Shown here one piece after another: positions 37,782-38,101 of a DNA stretch of 38,101 bases. The notes below the pieces were generated by a model. It ran no database searches. It was not told the DNA's origin and was given only the letters and a program-made list of their open reading frames with translations. Source of the DNA: Rhodothermales bacterium. GTDB taxonomy: Bacteria; Bacteroidota; Rhodothermia; Rhodothermales; VXPQ01. Position 1 is the first letter of the stretch. Each line of letters opens with the position of its first letter. Location: NCBI GenBank assembly GCA_040904565.1, contig JBBDTI010000024.1, positions 9,588 through 47,688 of the forward strand. The letters are read 5' to 3'. The translations under genes were made by a program, and so were the position numbers.

Positions 37782-37965
37782 GGTAGGCGACGATCGAAAA
37801 GAGTGTCCGTCATGCGCTCTGCCTGTCGATGCGAATGCGGACGTGTGTCCCCACTGTGGATACGATCTGCCGCGGCAGAAATCTTCATTGCAGATCGCGG
37901 CCCTCGTATTCGCCCTGTTGTTGCTCTGGCCGATCATCCAGCTCATACGGTCCCTGCTGGGATGA
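37774..37965 (+). CDS. Small zinc-ribbon protein with C-terminal TM helix
   Basis: CPSC-x10-CPHCGY followed by a hydrophobic helix. GGAGG lies upstream. Confidence 0.75.
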   Translation: MFEVGDDRKECPSCALPVDANADVCPHCGYDLPRQKSSLQIAALVFALLLLWPIIQLIRSLLG

Positions 37966-38006
37966 CTCTTCGCCGAACCGGTCCGCCGTCATCGTATTAG
38001 ATGCGC

Positions 38007-38101
38007 ATGATGAAATCACCTGAACGCCTTCCGGGTGGCCTTCCGGCCCGGGAATTCTTCCGCGATCACTGGCAGAAGAAGCCGCTGCTCATTCGGAATG
38101 C
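38007..38101 (+). CDS. 5' fragment of a JmjC/cupin-4 protein (RoxA/YcfD-like ribosomal oxygenase), truncated by the window edge
   Basis: Manual translation MMKSPERLPGGLPAREFFRDHWQKKPLLIRN. The F...WQKKPLLIR motif is characteristic of the RoxA N terminus. Start may be 38001, 38007 or 38010. Confidence 0.75.
   Translation, partial: MMKSPERLPGGLPAREFFRDHWQKKPLLIRN

Overview
A 38.1 kb GC-rich, mostly core-chromosome window. Gene content and protein style (DUF3109, DUF4159, DUF2905, TonB receptor/lipoprotein pairs) suggest a Rhodothermota/Bacteroidota-related bacterium; this is an inference, not a database result. From left to right it carries: a GDCCVxC protein, DUF3109-rpoN and a small unknown gene, HMG-CoA lyase, GlgA/GlgM, groES-groEL, rnc-gcvP and an SSADH-type aldehyde dehydrogenase. 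Next come a cobalamin riboswitch heading a btuB-like/btuG-like/BFD/PIG-L cluster, a PhoB/PhoR-like pair and MarR-yhhQ. A long minus-strand run follows (DUF4159, glyA, PRTase, tatC, S41 protease, TauE, HtrA, lipoprotein, AAA+ ATPase, TonB receptor, lipoprotein, GT2, ilvE, DUF2905), and the window ends with two small ORFs and the start of a RoxA-like cupin. I found no rRNA, tRNA, CRISPR array, prophage or transposase. The most notable points are: (1) a ferredoxin-like protein and a PIG-L amidohydrolase tightly coupled behind the B12-riboswitch uptake genes; (2) sigma54-type promoters before groES and before an unknown gene directly after rpoN; (3) a MITE-like element with a second partial copy, both abutting stop codons; (4) a highly structured, unassigned glyA leader. 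I cannot demonstrate a wholly new system; these are testable candidates.
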